A DNA stretch of 64,000 nt from contig OZ024740.1 in the NCBI GenBank assembly GCA_964016885.1, positions 73,842,001 through 73,906,000 of the forward strand, in the 5' to 3' direction. The position numbers and the translations under genes are program-made. Below the pieces are notes generated by a model that had not been told where the DNA came from, searched no databases, and was given only the letters and a program-made list of their open reading frames with translations. Every line of letters begins with the position of its first letter. Positions within the stretch are counted from its first letter, which is position 1. This DNA comes from Eledone cirrhosa (taxonomy: Eukaryota). Of this stretch, positions 40,150 through 52,916 are shown one piece after another.

Positions 40150-41370
40150 GCTACTCTCGGGATCATTAAGCATGGTTTGGATGCAGCTGGCTTTACATCA
40201 CAGCATATACTGGTAGGTTTAGACAAGCTCAAGGATGTGATCCAACCATCTTGCTTGGGGTTTATCCCTGGGTCTCCTGCCGATTGGTTTTTGCCCATAA
40301 AATCTGTCCAACGATTCTTTCCTGAGACATTCTAACCACATGTCCGTAGTATCGGAGCTGTGATCTCTCAATTCAGGGAAGTAGTGGATCTACCTGGAGT
40401 AACTCTCTAATCTCTGAGCTATGCACTCTATCAAGTAACGTTACTCCAAAGACTCTTTGGAGGAACCCCATTTCAGCCACTTGTATTTGCCTGCTTCAGT
40501 GGAACTCCATTTACATGTAGACTGCATTGTGCAGGCTTCCTTGACAGGATGAGTATTTCAGTTTTTGCAGCACTGATTTTCATTCTAGCCATGCAGCACT
40601 CAGCATCAAACTTATCGAATGCAAGTTGGAGATCACTTTCTGTTGAGTTAATTAACACCCTGTCGTCTGCATATTCCAGCCAATTGATTTTACATCCACC
40701 AGTCATGATACCACATCTAGCTTGGCTGTTCATGTAAATAATGTACAGGAGAGGTGACAGTATGCACCTATGGTGGAATCCGACTCCGACATTGAATGGT
40801 TTCAATTTAGCACCATTTATCTGAATACAAATACTCAGGCATTCGTATGGAGACATTAGGGCAGCAAGGAGCTGACCATCAATCCCATACTCATGCAGAA
40901 TCTTCCACAGCAGGTCCCGAATAAAGTGGTCATATGCCTTTTCAAGGGCGACATAACAAGAATATACCACCTCTTGGCAATACTCCCACGATTTCTTGAA
41001 GACTTGCTGCAGTGTGAATATTTGGTCAGCTGTGCTGAGTCCAGAGTGAAAACCACTGTTCATCAGCTAGCTTGAACTCAACAATCTCCCTGCATCTCTT
41101 TGCCAGACACTTAGCATAGACTTTACTTGGGGGGCTTAACAAGGAAATCCCTCTGTAATTGGAACAATCTCTCGTCTTTTTAAAAATTGGGATTAACACT
41201 CCCAATTGCCATTGCTTAGGTACATTTAGAGATCCAGGCCAACTGGCACATAGAAGTCAGCCAGAGAATACCTTCTCTATTTAAGTCTTTTAACATCTTG
41301 GGCCGGATTTCATCTTCCCCAGCGGCATTGCCATATTTGAGCTCTTTAACTGCTCATGACCTTAGTCTCT
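40150..41370 (-). mobile_element. Degraded RTE LINE lacking the PHD insert
   Basis: STADQIFTL, LEKAYD, ILSPLLY, EYADD, KTEILILSRK. Confidence 0.8.
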
Positions 41371-42118
41371 GAGAGATGAGTCACCCCTCTCAAATGCACA
41401 TCAGAAGATGCTGTTGTGCTAGGGAACTGGTTGCAGGTGGTGGATAGTGATACGGCCACCAGATATGATGGCTAGTTGTCATATAAGTGGGCAACTGGCA
41501 GACAAATAAGCAGCCCCAGACCAACAGTGGTAAACTACTAGGGAAGATGCAGCAATGGGTGACACCTATAGCTCCCTAGAAAACTCTCACAACCCAGTGA
41601 TGTAGCTATGATGAGGTAAGTAAAGACCGCCTCTAAAAAGCTCCAATTAAGTACTGGGGGCAATTCAATTCAGCCTTCCCACATTACAAACTGCTGGCTT
41701 TCCCCCTAAATTAGAAACCATTTAGCTACTAAAAAATGCCATTCCATTGAGAGATGGTAATAAAAATGTTATTGATAATGTTCTGTATTAGAAAGTAGTT
41801 TATGGGTCAACTAAAAAGAATTTAGAGGAGTTGCCAGCTTTTTGTCCAGCTCATTTTTCATGTGTGATCATGAACTTAATAACTTAGTTCCGTAAGTGTG
41901 ACAAATCTGACCAAACCCATCCCTCTTCATTTGTCAAAAATGTTCTAATCTTTAAAATCTAGAACTCATGCACCACAAATCTAAGATTAAAAAAAAGGGA
42001 GTGTCAAATGTTCTAAAGTTCATATCGAAAATCAGTATTCTGTTGACAGTGTTCTCTCACTCTCTCCATCTATCTGTCTGTCTCTATATTTATCTACCAT
42101 TATGTGTGTGTGTATATG

Positions 42119-42294
42119 AGGGCAGTGTATTGGCAGTATCGGTAGTGAGTCAGATGCCATGCTTTGCAGCAAAGAGTTACGGCCCTTTATGGTCTGAGTT
42201 CAAATCCCGCCTTTCATCCTTATGGGGTCAATAAAATAAAGTACCAGTAATGCACTGGGTAATTGCTGGCTTTGTGCCAAAAAGTAGAAACAAT

Positions 42295-42296
<2 letters not shown>
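42119..42296 (+). mobile_element. Meta-like tRNA SINE
   Basis: Matches the family consensus with an internal deletion. Confidence 0.75.
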
Positions 42297-42327
<31 letters not shown>

Positions 42328-42377
42328 AGTAAGTAAAATCAAAGTCAGTGTTGTAACATATGTAGAAATGTTATTGC

Positions 42378-42463
42378 CATATTACAATTGTTTCAATATC
42401 AATTAGCTCAGGATAGAATCAATGACTGGGGCCTGATACTTCTTTGACATCTCCTCAGATATG
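42378..42463 (-). ncRNA. Type I hammerhead ribozyme (CUGAGGA, GUA site)
   Basis: On minus: stem I CATAT/ATATG; CTGAGGA; stem II GATGTCA/TGATATT; GAAA; stem III CAATTG; TA; about 50 nt from (TA)n. Confidence 0.78.
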
Positions 42464-42929
42464 TGAGTTTATATGTGCAAAGACGTACACATATATATAC
42501 AGTGGAATCTTGATTCATGAAGTATTTTTCCAAACAGAAACTGTCTCAGTTCACAAACGGTGTCTCGAGTAATGAACACAAAAGCCGACAACAGCGGTTG
42601 GCAACAAGCTTGGAATATCAGTAGGAAAGCGTCACTTGCTTTGTAGTTAGTTACTATGACGATATCTATCTGTCTTTCACATACAGTCTCTCTCTACATT
42701 CCGTATGGGAAAAATAGTTTCGGTCTACGAACATTTTGGGTCACGAATGGCTTTTCTAGGAATGTGTGTGTGTGGGGATGCACAGTGGGGTTGAAGTAGT
42801 GATGTTGGGAATAACTGTTAGATAGCGCTAGTGGAAGGAGGGGCATGAGGGTAGGTCAGGTCACATTTGTATGCTGCAGGTCAGGTCTCCTTCAGCACCG
42901 CATAGCACCAGCCCTCATGGTCATTAGTC

Positions 42930-43290
42930 ATTTGTGTTGTGAGGTTTAGTTTTTTTAAGGTCAGTTTTCACTACTTCATCCCATATTTTCCTGGGTCTGC
43001 CTCAATCCACGGGTCCAGCCACTGGGGTTTCTCTGCATTACTTTATACAGCTGCTATCTTCCATGCGTATCACATGTCCATACCAATGCAGTCTTCTCTT
43101 TTGTACACCGCATCTAATTCCTCTTATGCCAAGTTTTTCCTTCAGTTTGTGGGAGACCCAAGAGACCTGGAATGAGGTGATAAAAACTGACCTAGCCCAA
43201 TTGCACCTCTCAAAGGAGATGACACAGGACCGAAACCTCTGGCGTTACGCAGTAATCCAGAAGACTCGAGTTCCCACGAGTACAAGCTGA
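42930..43290. mobile_element. RTE 3' fragments in head-to-head arrangement
   Basis: Minus RTE C-terminus to about 43150, then plus ETWNEVIKTDL...RNLWRYAV. Confidence 0.6.
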
Positions 43291-43431
43291 AGCTGAAGCA
43301 TATATACAATGCCTCCATGCCCCTCCCGCTGTAAAATGGTCGTGTACTACACCTCTATACTCACTGGAAACTGCGCCTCGAGTGCTCATTCTGGTGAACC
43401 TAAAGTAACTGGACGTTACAATCTCTAAATA

Positions 43432-45455
43432 TCTAATATATATTTGTGAAATGGGCGGTGGTTGAAATTCAGATGTGCACGGTTAAATGGTAGTAGACGT
43501 GGTCGGACGGACATGGAAATTTACACACCTATGTAAAAAGTGCAAAGGAAGCAAATAGACGAGGTTTCAAATCTCTAACTTGAAAAATATGGTCCCTGGG
43601 GCCCCAAAACTATCGCGTTCGGTGAGTTATTTCCCCCTGTTCTAATACTAACTCATCAATTTATTTCGCTGCGTTCTTTTACAGCTTTCTTTCGCTGTTA
43701 ACATACAGTACCATTTTACGAAATGCCAATCCGAAAACGGTCACTATTTTCCATCAAAAGATATAAAACCCTTAAAATGCGAAGAAGGAAGTCATGTTCA
43801 CAAGTACGTTTTTTCAGATATCATTTTCATTTTATTTCTAATACATGTTAACCACCACTAACAGTAAGTAGTATTTTTCGATTCATTGTCTTATTTAAAA
43901 TAACATATCAAAGGCAACGTTATTTCGCTGTTAATAAACCTTTGGCTACTACAGTACGTTTCATTTTCATTTTTAAAATACAATTGCTCTATATTAAATT
44001 TAAATAATTCTATAACGATCATACAGTACTGTTTTATGAAATCGATTCTGCAGTAGAATTTTACGAAATGCCAAAACGAAAAAGGTAACTGTTTTCTAAC
44101 AAAAGAAATAAAACCCTTACATTGCGAACCCCCTGTTCTAATACTGCGGTTAGTTATTTCCCCCTCTTCTAATAAATATCTAATATATAGAGGCCCCTCT
44201 TGCTGACCAGGGCAATCAAAGTGTAAACTATCATACAGTACCGTTTTATGAAATCAATTCTGCAGTACCATTTTACGAAATGCCAAACCGAAAACAGTCA
44301 CTGTTTTCCATCAAAAGAAATAAAACCCTTAAATTGCGAAGAAGGGAGTCATGTTCTCAAGTACGTTTTTTCAGATATCATTTTCATTTTATTTCTAATA
44401 CATGTTAACCACGACTAACAGTAAGTAGTATTTTTCAAATCATTGTCTTATTTAAATAACATATCAAAGACAACGTTATTTCGCTGTTAATAAACTTTTG
44501 GCTACTACAAGCTTCTATAGTTACGGAGAAAATCGATGAAACAGGAATTTCCTATTCAAATTGAACTGAGAGTAATCTGTGAACGCAGAAGTAAATATTT
44601 CGAGAAACGTTGCAACCGAACGAAAACAGGAAGACGATATTTTGGTTCGTAAAGACGTTCCCTGGCAATGAACGAAAAAAAGCGAGGATAATATGTCATT
44701 ATGTGGAGCGTGAAGAACAATTTTATGCAAAGACAAGACCAAGTTTATGGTATAAATGGAGTCGTTAGACTAATATTCTATTTAAAATAACAGAATGATT
44801 TCCAGCCCCGGAGTTTAAGAATGATGTAAATAAAATTGAAAACGAAAATGACAGAGGTTATTAAAATAGTAAAAGTAAATAGTGAAGATTTAGGCCAGTA
44901 CATACGTATGCCCCGACGGACATACACATACATACACACACACAAATACATACACACCCACACACACAGATACGCACATACAAATACATACACACCCACC
45001 CACACGAACGCACGCGCGTATGTATAAATCTTATGCATTTCTACAGTATTTTCACCAAACTTAAGACATAGGTTACTTATGTACTCCGGATGGTCATGGG
45101 CACTGTCATTTTCCCAGAATTTGATTATAGAGCCCCCGGCAGATAACCCCTTTAACCACTTCCTTGGAGTCGACTGAAGCACTGCAGTGCAATGCAACAA
45201 AACGTCATAACTTCTAGAGTTCGCAACCGATTTTCACAAAACTTGACACATGGGCTACGTTTGTCCTACAGATGAATGTTAACTCTCAGAATTGGCACAT
45301 ATTGGGTAGGGGACTCTTGGGAGCAGGAACCCCCTTTTGGAAAAAAGCCGATGATTTTGTAAAAGTATAGTTTTCGAAGCAGTACTGAAGTATTGACATA
45401 AATGGTATACGCAACTGCTATTTAATATCCGAGCAACGCCGGGTACCTCTGCTAG
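43432..45455 (+). mobile_element. Non-autonomous Helitron
   Basis: A|TCTAATATA 5' end; 3' hairpin CCGAGCAACGCCGG followed by CTAG|T; internal duplications; 5' end less certain (alternative near 44179). Confidence 0.7.
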
Positions 45456-46048
45456 TATATATATATAAACGAATAGGTAACACTCTACTTTCTATACGTT
45501 AAACACTTTTTTAATAACTGATATTTTTCTTCCACATCTTGCACCAAGACCACTCAAGTTATGTCCCTTGCATCCGAAATTGAAATATGGCTGTTAAAGG
45601 AAATTATAAAAAATATTTAATTATAAATATTTTTATATATATTCGTTTACGAATTATATTAATAAGGTACACAAAAGTTTGATATTTTCTTTTAACATTT
45701 TACTTTGAGGCTTAGAATAATTTAGGGTCTTTACGTTATCGGCTACAATTAGATAACAGAGGCATGCCAGCCTTACTCGACAGACCTAGGATTAAAAGCT
45801 ATCAAGCCGTAACGATTAAGTTTTCTTCTTTTTTTTTGTCCAATCTATTTCAAATGGTATAATGTGATCTGGCTGCTATTTCTCATTGAATCATAATTGT
45901 AAAAGGTGGCAAAAACAAAACAAAAAAAATCCCTTATTATAGTACATAAAACATACTTTTCCGCATGAGAATAAATTTTCACTAGTTATCAAAGGTCGAT
46001 AAAAATTGCATTAAACAATAACAAGTGGTGACGTTGAAGCAGAATTTT

Positions 46049-46060
46049 GGGGAAAACCCC
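46049..46060. promoter_or_regulatory. Putative NF-kB/Rel binding site
   Basis: GGGGAAAACCCC about 250 bp upstream of the ATG of the IkB/Bcl-3-like gene; TGACGT CRE-like motif at 46029. Confidence 0.45.
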
Positions 46061-46307
46061 AGCCTACTATTTATTAAAGCTCTTCACTGGTTGGTCACTT
46101 TAGTAGGAAGCAAAACTTACTATATTAGTTTCAGTTCTTAATCTAAAAATTTAACAACGTAATACTTATATCACTTAGCACTGTCATGGTTAAAGTAGAC
46201 AAGCAGAAGAAATCAAATTATGCGTCATACTTATTTTTTTTTAATAAAAAAGAAAACAAATCATAAATTGTTCTGAATTGCGACAAAACCCTCCCCAAAT
46301 AAGTGAA

Positions 46308-47256
46308 ATGGATACTTTATCATCAAATCGTGGATTATCATTGTTGAATATAAATTGTAACAGCACAAGCAACATAGAAGACAACGATTCACATAGTATA
46401 GCTGTTGACGTATTAGTAAATCGTTTCTGTCAACCTCCATACCGAAACCAGGAAACGGATTCATTTATATATTCCAACCCAAATATACTGAGCGACGCAT
46501 ATACAGAGACAATGGTTTCCTCGTTTACTAACACTCTGTCATTGAGTAAGTCGATGGCAAATAATCGTTTACAACAAACTAATACTTCATACCAATCGAA
46601 TAAGTCTAGGTTCTTTGCGAAATCTTTACAACAATTAGAAAACGAGGCCAACAAAACTTTCTATTCTTTACATTCGCTAAACGTTTCAACAAACAAATCG
46701 AAGCCTGAATTAAATGGGCCATTCCTCACTAATATTGATATAAATAACAAGTCCACATATTCTTCGACTAACGAAACTTCGATGAAGAGCCATCCCAGTG
46801 AAGTTGATTATGTAATATTTTGTACTCGTAACATTAATTCAAAGTTATTTAAAGTGAAGAGAGTGAAACTAAATGAAATTTTGAACTATCTAAACGATAA
46901 TAATAAAATTAGAAACTCTAGCACTTTGTCGAACAAGTCTACTGGCAGTAATTGCAAAACAGTTCTATCAGCACCATTATTCACCTCTGATAAAGTGACA
47001 AAAAAACAGTTGATCGACCTCTTAACAAGTCGATTGAGTGGAGGATATTCATCATGGCTTCAGTCTATAGATTACCCAAGTAGCAATAAATCAACTGACG
47101 ACAGTCAACATTTACAAAGTAAAGACAGATTATATTCCGAAAGCACCATAGAAACAAGGACGACAAGTTGTTTACCTTTGAAAAAAAGGAAAATATTAAA
47201 GTCAACTTTTGAAACAACGAAACAGTTTGATCAACTTTTTAAGCCCCACAGCACAG
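46308..47256 (+). CDS. Exon 1 of probable IkB/Bcl-3-family ankyrin-repeat gene
   Basis: Long open S/T/N-rich frame from ATG 46308; LPLKKRK motif; donor CAG|GTAGT in phase 1 matches exon 2. Confidence 0.65.
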
Positions 47257-48119
47257 GTAGTGTACAAAAGCAATTTATTTATGTCATGTCTATTTAAGAA
47301 GACGATATTTTCATGGTATCATTTCAATACCACTTTGGCGAAATAGACTCGCTAAACGGGCTGTTAATGAAGTATTTGTGTTTTCTGCTTCTATTTCCTT
47401 TGCTGTTTTGTCTATGCTCGACCACTTGTTATCATCTTTATCCCAACACTTACTCCACGTGTATTGATCTTCTTTCGGTTTGTATCAATCTCTGACTCCA
47501 GTTTCTTTTGCAGAATAATTACAGCTTAGTGCCCTACGCTCGATTGTTTCCTCATAACTTACTTAATAAGGCATATTTTTCGATGATGATATATTTTCGT
47601 AAGTAAACTGTCTGCTTGACGCCCACCAGGCTCGCTTCCTGTTAAGGAACTGCTTTGCCTTGGCTAAGCTTTTGTATACTTTCCGCAGTGCCTTCTGTTA
47701 GTCATGCATTTTGCCTCATTGATCTCTATATCTTCGCACTATGATGGGTGGAGTATGTATGCAACGTCTAGTTTGATGGTTACCTGTTAGATGTCTTGGT
47801 CTTTGGTCACCAGTTTCATTGGTCACCCAACATGCTGAAAATAGTAACCAATTCCCCCTTAAACCTTTGTGAAGGTTTGATAAAAAAAAATTCCATGTTT
47901 ATGTTTAACCTACAAAGAGAAATGAAAAGTGAAATTATTAACGAACGAAACTAAACTACAATGAAAATATTTAAAAAACAATATTCTGAAAATATTTTAT
48001 CAACATAATCTCAATCTACACATTGGGAAATGGATCTTTGAAAACTTTAATTTAAAAATATTCTTTATTTAAAAAGATTATGGAGAAACAAAAGCCGGAG
48101 AGCACTCAGCTGTAGACCG

Positions 48120-49720
48120 GTTTACACCACCGATATTACCAGAAAGGCGATTTCATCCTTCCTCGCTGGGTCAGGCGCGGGAATTGACGGCCTTCGTCCT
48201 CAACACCTCAAGGATGGTATCTCCTTATCGGCTGGTTACGCCGGACTCGAGCTCTTGGAGAGTCTGACTCAGTTTGTGAATCAGTTCTCTTCAGTGAACG
48301 TTCTCCCGTCCACTGTTCTTCGGTGCGAAGCTATTTGGTTTCACCAAGCCCAACGAAGACCTGCGCCCCATTGCGGTTGGCTGCACCCTTCGCCGCTTCA
48401 CTGCAAAGGTGTGTTTGCTGTTGGTCTCCGACTCACTGGCCGAGGAATTTTCCCCCGTCCAGCTGGGGGTGGGTACCAAGTTGGGATGTGAGGCTGCTGT
48501 CCACGCTACCAGAGCCTTTACCAACTTGCCTTCCTCGTCCCTCAAGGTCATCTTCAAACTTGACCTCAGGAATGCTTTCAACTCTGTCAGCTGCGACATC
48601 GTCCTCGGCTCAGTAAGAGAGAGGGTACCACAACTCTACCACTTTGCTTGGCAGGCTTATTGGGAGCCCTCCTACCTCTCTTTCTGTGATCAAATCATCA
48701 CCTCTGCCTCAGGAGTCCAACCCGCTCTGTTTGCACTGGGCATTGATGACGTCACTCAAGATGGGGATTGAGTTGGACCTCAATGTCTGGTACCTCGACG
48801 ACACTTGTTTGGGGGGAACTCCGGATATGGTTCTCGCCACTGCCAACAAAATGGTTGAAGAGCTTGGCCACCGGGGTCTCCAGGTCAATAGATCCAAATG
48901 TGAGCTCTGTATCCTCAACCACCCGGCTTCTCAACACCAACAGCTAATTGACCTGTTTGCAGAGTCCTTCCCTTGGGACAGCATAAGTTCGAAGGCCACC
49001 TCCGATTCCCTCTTCGTCCAGTCGGATCAGTTTGCAAGGTGCCGTTTACTATCTGCCAGCGCCAAATACTCAGGCGACTGGGTTGATGCCTTACTCGTGG
49101 CCTACTCAGCCTGGACGAACTTCGTGTCTCCATCGACCTCAGAGTGGGAGCTGACGTCTGCACGTGTTTGAGGTGCCAATGCGGCAATCTCCTCGACTCC
49201 ACAGGCCTCCACGGTCTTTCTTGCCGCCTGAATGCCGGCTATTTCGCACGTCACATGAAGCTAAACCTCATTCTCAAGAGAGCTTTGGCCTGGGCGAACA
49301 TCCCCTCAATCTTAGAACCATCTGGGTTGTCCAGAAGTGACGGCAAAAGACCTGAAGGCCTTACCCTGTGCCTCTGGTTGAGAGGCAGGTGCCTTGTCTG
49401 GGACGTCACTGTTAGTGACTCTTTTGCTTCTTCCCACATCCTGGATGCTGCGGTTAGGATGAGAACCACAGCTTCCACAGCCGAGGGGAGTAAGACTCTC
49501 AAATACTGAGATCTGTCGGCCAGCTACATTTTTCAGATTGTGGCTTTTGAGACGTTTGGGGGAAGTCGGGCCGCCTGACTGCGAGGTCCCTCTCTTCACT
49601 GGCGGCTCACCTAATAGAGGTAACTGGCGAATCTTGCAAGGGCACTTGGTTGTTCCAGTGCATTAGCCTCGCCATCACCCAAGGCAACACTGCGAGTGTG
49701 CTGGCCTGCCTAAAAAATCA
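48120..49720 (+). mobile_element. CRE-clade non-LTR retrotransposon (RT + RLE), internally deleted
   Basis: LRPIAVG, QLGVG..GCEAAVHA, KLDLRNAFNSV, WYLDD, CxC..HGLSC..RH zinc motif, DGKRPEGLT..WDVT. Confidence 0.88.
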
Positions 49721-50891
49721 TTAGAGATGTTACTCGCTACTCCTCGCGACGCTGCTGTCATTTGCTCTGGTGTTGGCTCAGTTGTTCCCCCCTTCCTTTA
49801 CATTTTCTTTAATATTGTAACATTAAAAGAATATATCTTTCTGGAAGAATTGCGAGCAATTTATAATGTTATCTAAGCATTTGTAATGTTATTTATGTAT
49901 ATATTTAAAACATATTTGTTATGTTATTCTACTGTAAATTTAGTTATGCCTCCTCTCCATAAGAAATAATTTGAGATGTGACTGTCCTTGACTCAACAGT
50001 GCAAGTTGAAGGAACATGTTCCTTCCAATATTTCTGTGTTTGCATGTATATGTTGCCACTACTACATGTTACCCACCTTTCATCACTTAGAATGCAGACT
50101 TGACAGACTTTCGTGTTTTAAGTCAATCCATTGTTAGATTAGACCAGAAGGTCAGCAATAGGTTGGTGTTAGCTCAGAGCTGTTCTCTCTGATTCTCGGA
50201 CCTTTTCAATTTTCTATATATAAGGTTTGATGTAATTACATATGTGGGCAATTGAGCTGTTCTCTCTGGTTCTTGGACCTTTTCAATTTTTTCATTACAA
50301 ACAAAAACTGCTATTAGATTGCTATATGATCAGGAATGTTGCTGCTTCGTGTCGCCCTGGCATCAATCTATAATTCAGAAATGTTTACCATCTGCACTAA
50401 TGTGTTTCTCTTCATAGATAAAGAACAATCTCTGGTCTTAATATTATCCACCAAATAGGTTGCTCATACACCAAAAAAATTAGAATACACAGCAAACCCC
50501 CCAATTTTACTTATCAAAATCAGCTTGGTGCAAGTAATTGGAATTGAAAAGTTATATATGCAGGTCTTAAATTAAAAAATTCTAACCATCCTAAAACAAA
50601 AAAGCCCAGTTGAGGGCACAAATAAATTGCTATAGTCGTCGCTGTTGGCGCCCCACACTGCAGGGGGGCTGGGCAATTGCCTCCTTTGCACCCAATTAAA
50701 TCTGGGCCTGACTCCACCCCATCTAATTTATGGAGGCATGGAAAAATAACTGTAAATACAGAGAGAGGGAGAGAGGAAAGTGTATAAACAAAGTAAATAT
50801 ATTACGATAACAAGTCATGGGTGTCACTTAATTTGGGAAATGAAAACAAATCTCAGGAAATAATATTTCCAGTTTTTGTCATTTTTCTTAG

Positions 50892-51015
50892 GTGATAAAG
50901 AAGGGAAGGTAATTGTTATTTACAAACCTGAACAAAGCCAAGCATTTTCTGTCAAAGATGAACAATTGAAAAAGCAGATTGAAATTGCTCTAAAACAGGA
51001 TGAAGATGGTGACCT
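50892..51015 (+). CDS. Exon 2 of IkB/Bcl-3-like gene, ending QDEDGD(L)
   Basis: TTTTCTTAG|GT acceptor; open frame GDKEGKVIVIYKPEQSQAFSVKDEQLKKQIEIALKQDEDGD(L); strong donor CT|GTAAGT in phase 2. Confidence 0.75.
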
Positions 51016-51046
51016 GTAAGTAAATTAAATTTTATTATATATATAG

Positions 51047-51370
51047 TGAAGGTGCATGGCTTAGTGGTTAGAGCATCGGGCTTGCAATTGAGAGGTTGTT
51101 AGTTTGATTCTTGGACTGGGTGATGCATTGTGTCCTTGAGAAAAACACTTTATTTCATGTTACTCCAGTTCACTCAGCTGTAGAAATGAGTTGCGACGAC
51201 ACTGGTGTATCATCCATTGTCTTTCCTTTGGACAACATTGGTGGCATGGAGATGGGAGGCTGGTATGCTTGGGTGACTGCTGGTCTTCCCCAAATAAATC
51301 TTGCCCAGGCTTGTGCACTGGATGGAAACTTTCTAGGTGCAAAACCAGTCGTTAGTGGCTGATGGGGGCC
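51047..51370 (+). mobile_element. CORE-type tRNA SINE (third body/tail variant)
   Basis: A and B boxes plus TGTCCTTGAG..CACTT CORE; different 3' half. Confidence 0.7.
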
Positions 51371-51523
51371 TTTAAAGAAAAAAAAAATATATATATATAT
51401 ATGTGTATATATAAATATATGAGTAAATCAGACAAAGTTGGAATTCCTTTTATTAATATATATATATATACACATATATATATATATGTATATATATACA
51501 CATATATATATATGTGTATATAT

Positions 51524-51571
<48 letters not shown>

Positions 51572-51584
51572 GTATGTATATATT

Positions 51585-51990
51585 TCATTGCTGTACGGGT
51601 CTGAGACTTGGACACTGACCAAGAAACTCACTCAGATGATGGATGGGTGCTACACGAGAATGCTGAGGATGGCTCTCAACATTAATCAGTATACACTGAG
51701 GATGCTCAGAGCTGTATGGGAGCCTCCCAAGAGTCAGCTCAAAAGTGACACAGAGGAGGCTGAGGTTCTCTGGACATGCTCACCGACATCCAGAGTTGAC
51801 ATTGCACTCAGTGTGCTCCTGTGGGAGCCCCTACATGGACACACTGGAAGAGGAAGACCAAGGTTAACGTATGTTGATGCCCTAAGGACAGACACTGGTC
51901 TGTTGGAGACGCAGAACATGGCAGCGATAATGAGGGACAAAGATAGCTGGAGAGAACTCGTCCATGGATCTCGGGAATTTTACTCGCCCT
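51585..51990 (+). mobile_element. RTE-like LINE 3' fragment in (TA)n
   Basis: [11 protein letters not shown]...[11 protein letters not shown]. Confidence 0.75.
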
Positions 51991-52144
51991 AGATATATGT
52001 ATATATATATATATGTGTGTATATATATATATATATATCAACATCATCATCACCGTTTTACGTCCGTTCTTCCACGCTAGCATGGGTTATATATATATAT
52101 TATACATATACATATTTATATATATATATATATATACATATTTG

Positions 52145-52487
52145 GAGGTATATAGCTTAGTGGTTATAGCATTGGCCTTGCAATCGAAAAGTTGTGAGTT
52201 CAATTCTCAGACTGGGTGATGTGTTGTTTCCTTGAGCAAGACACTTTATTTCACATTGGTCCAGTTTACTCAGCTGTAGAAATGAGATGATAGGGACTAG
52301 GTCCATATCATTCCACTGCAAAGTGGTCGTGGAGGTGCCACGGCAAAAAAGCACCCAGCACTCACTGTAAATGAGGTTGGTGTTAGGAAGGGCATCCAGC
52401 TGTAGAAATCAAGCCAGAATCAGTTCCCGTCCCACCCTTGCAAGCAGGGAAAAATGGACGTAAAATGATGATGATGATGATGATGAT
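52145..52487 (+). mobile_element. CORE-type tRNA SINE (tail type B)
   Basis: Tail CCCGTCCCACCCTTGCAAGCAGGGAAAA..GGACGTAAAA(TGA)n nearly identical to the LINE end at 56815-56866. Confidence 0.85.
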
Positions 52488-52537
52488 ATTTATATACATA
52501 TATGTATATATATATATATATAGTTTTAATATAGATG

Positions 52538-52588
52538 AGATTCTACAGGACTAGAACTGTTTCATTCATTAGAAATCATCAGGAATCT
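52538..52588 (-). ncRNA. Type I hammerhead ribozyme (mirror copy)
   Basis: Reverse complement of 52752-52802. Confidence 0.75.
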
Positions 52589-52751
52589 GGGTATCAAAAA
52601 ATAAATATGGTATTTATAGGTCTCTACAAGTGGTAGGAGAGGGTGGGGAGTGGGATGGGTGCAGGTCATTATGACCTGCACCCATCCCACTCCCCACCCT
52701 CTCCTACCACTTGTAGAGACCTATAAATACCATATTTATTTTTTGATACCC

Positions 52752-52802
52752 AGATTCCTGATGATTTCTAATGAATGAAACAGTTCTAGTCCTGTAGAAT
52801 CT
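52752..52802 (+). ncRNA. Type I hammerhead ribozyme (CUGAUGA, GUA site)
   Basis: Stem I AGATTC/GAATCT; CTGATGA; stem II (T)TTC-taat-GAA(T); GAAA; stem III CAG-ttctagtc-CTG; TA. Confidence 0.78.
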
Positions 52803-52883
52803 CATCTATATTAAAACTGTTATACTCTGCTATGTATTGAGTACCTTACTTACTGTGGTTACCTCCGATTCAACCCGGAATAA

Positions 52884-52916
<33 letters not shown>

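Larger units (their letters stand above)
52522..52885. mobile_element. ORF-less palindromic PLE-derived insertion in (TA)n
   Basis: 297-bp palindrome 52522-52818, perfect by eye (1-nt centre at 52670), plus a 67-bp unique tail; each arm holds a hammerhead. Confidence 0.85.
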
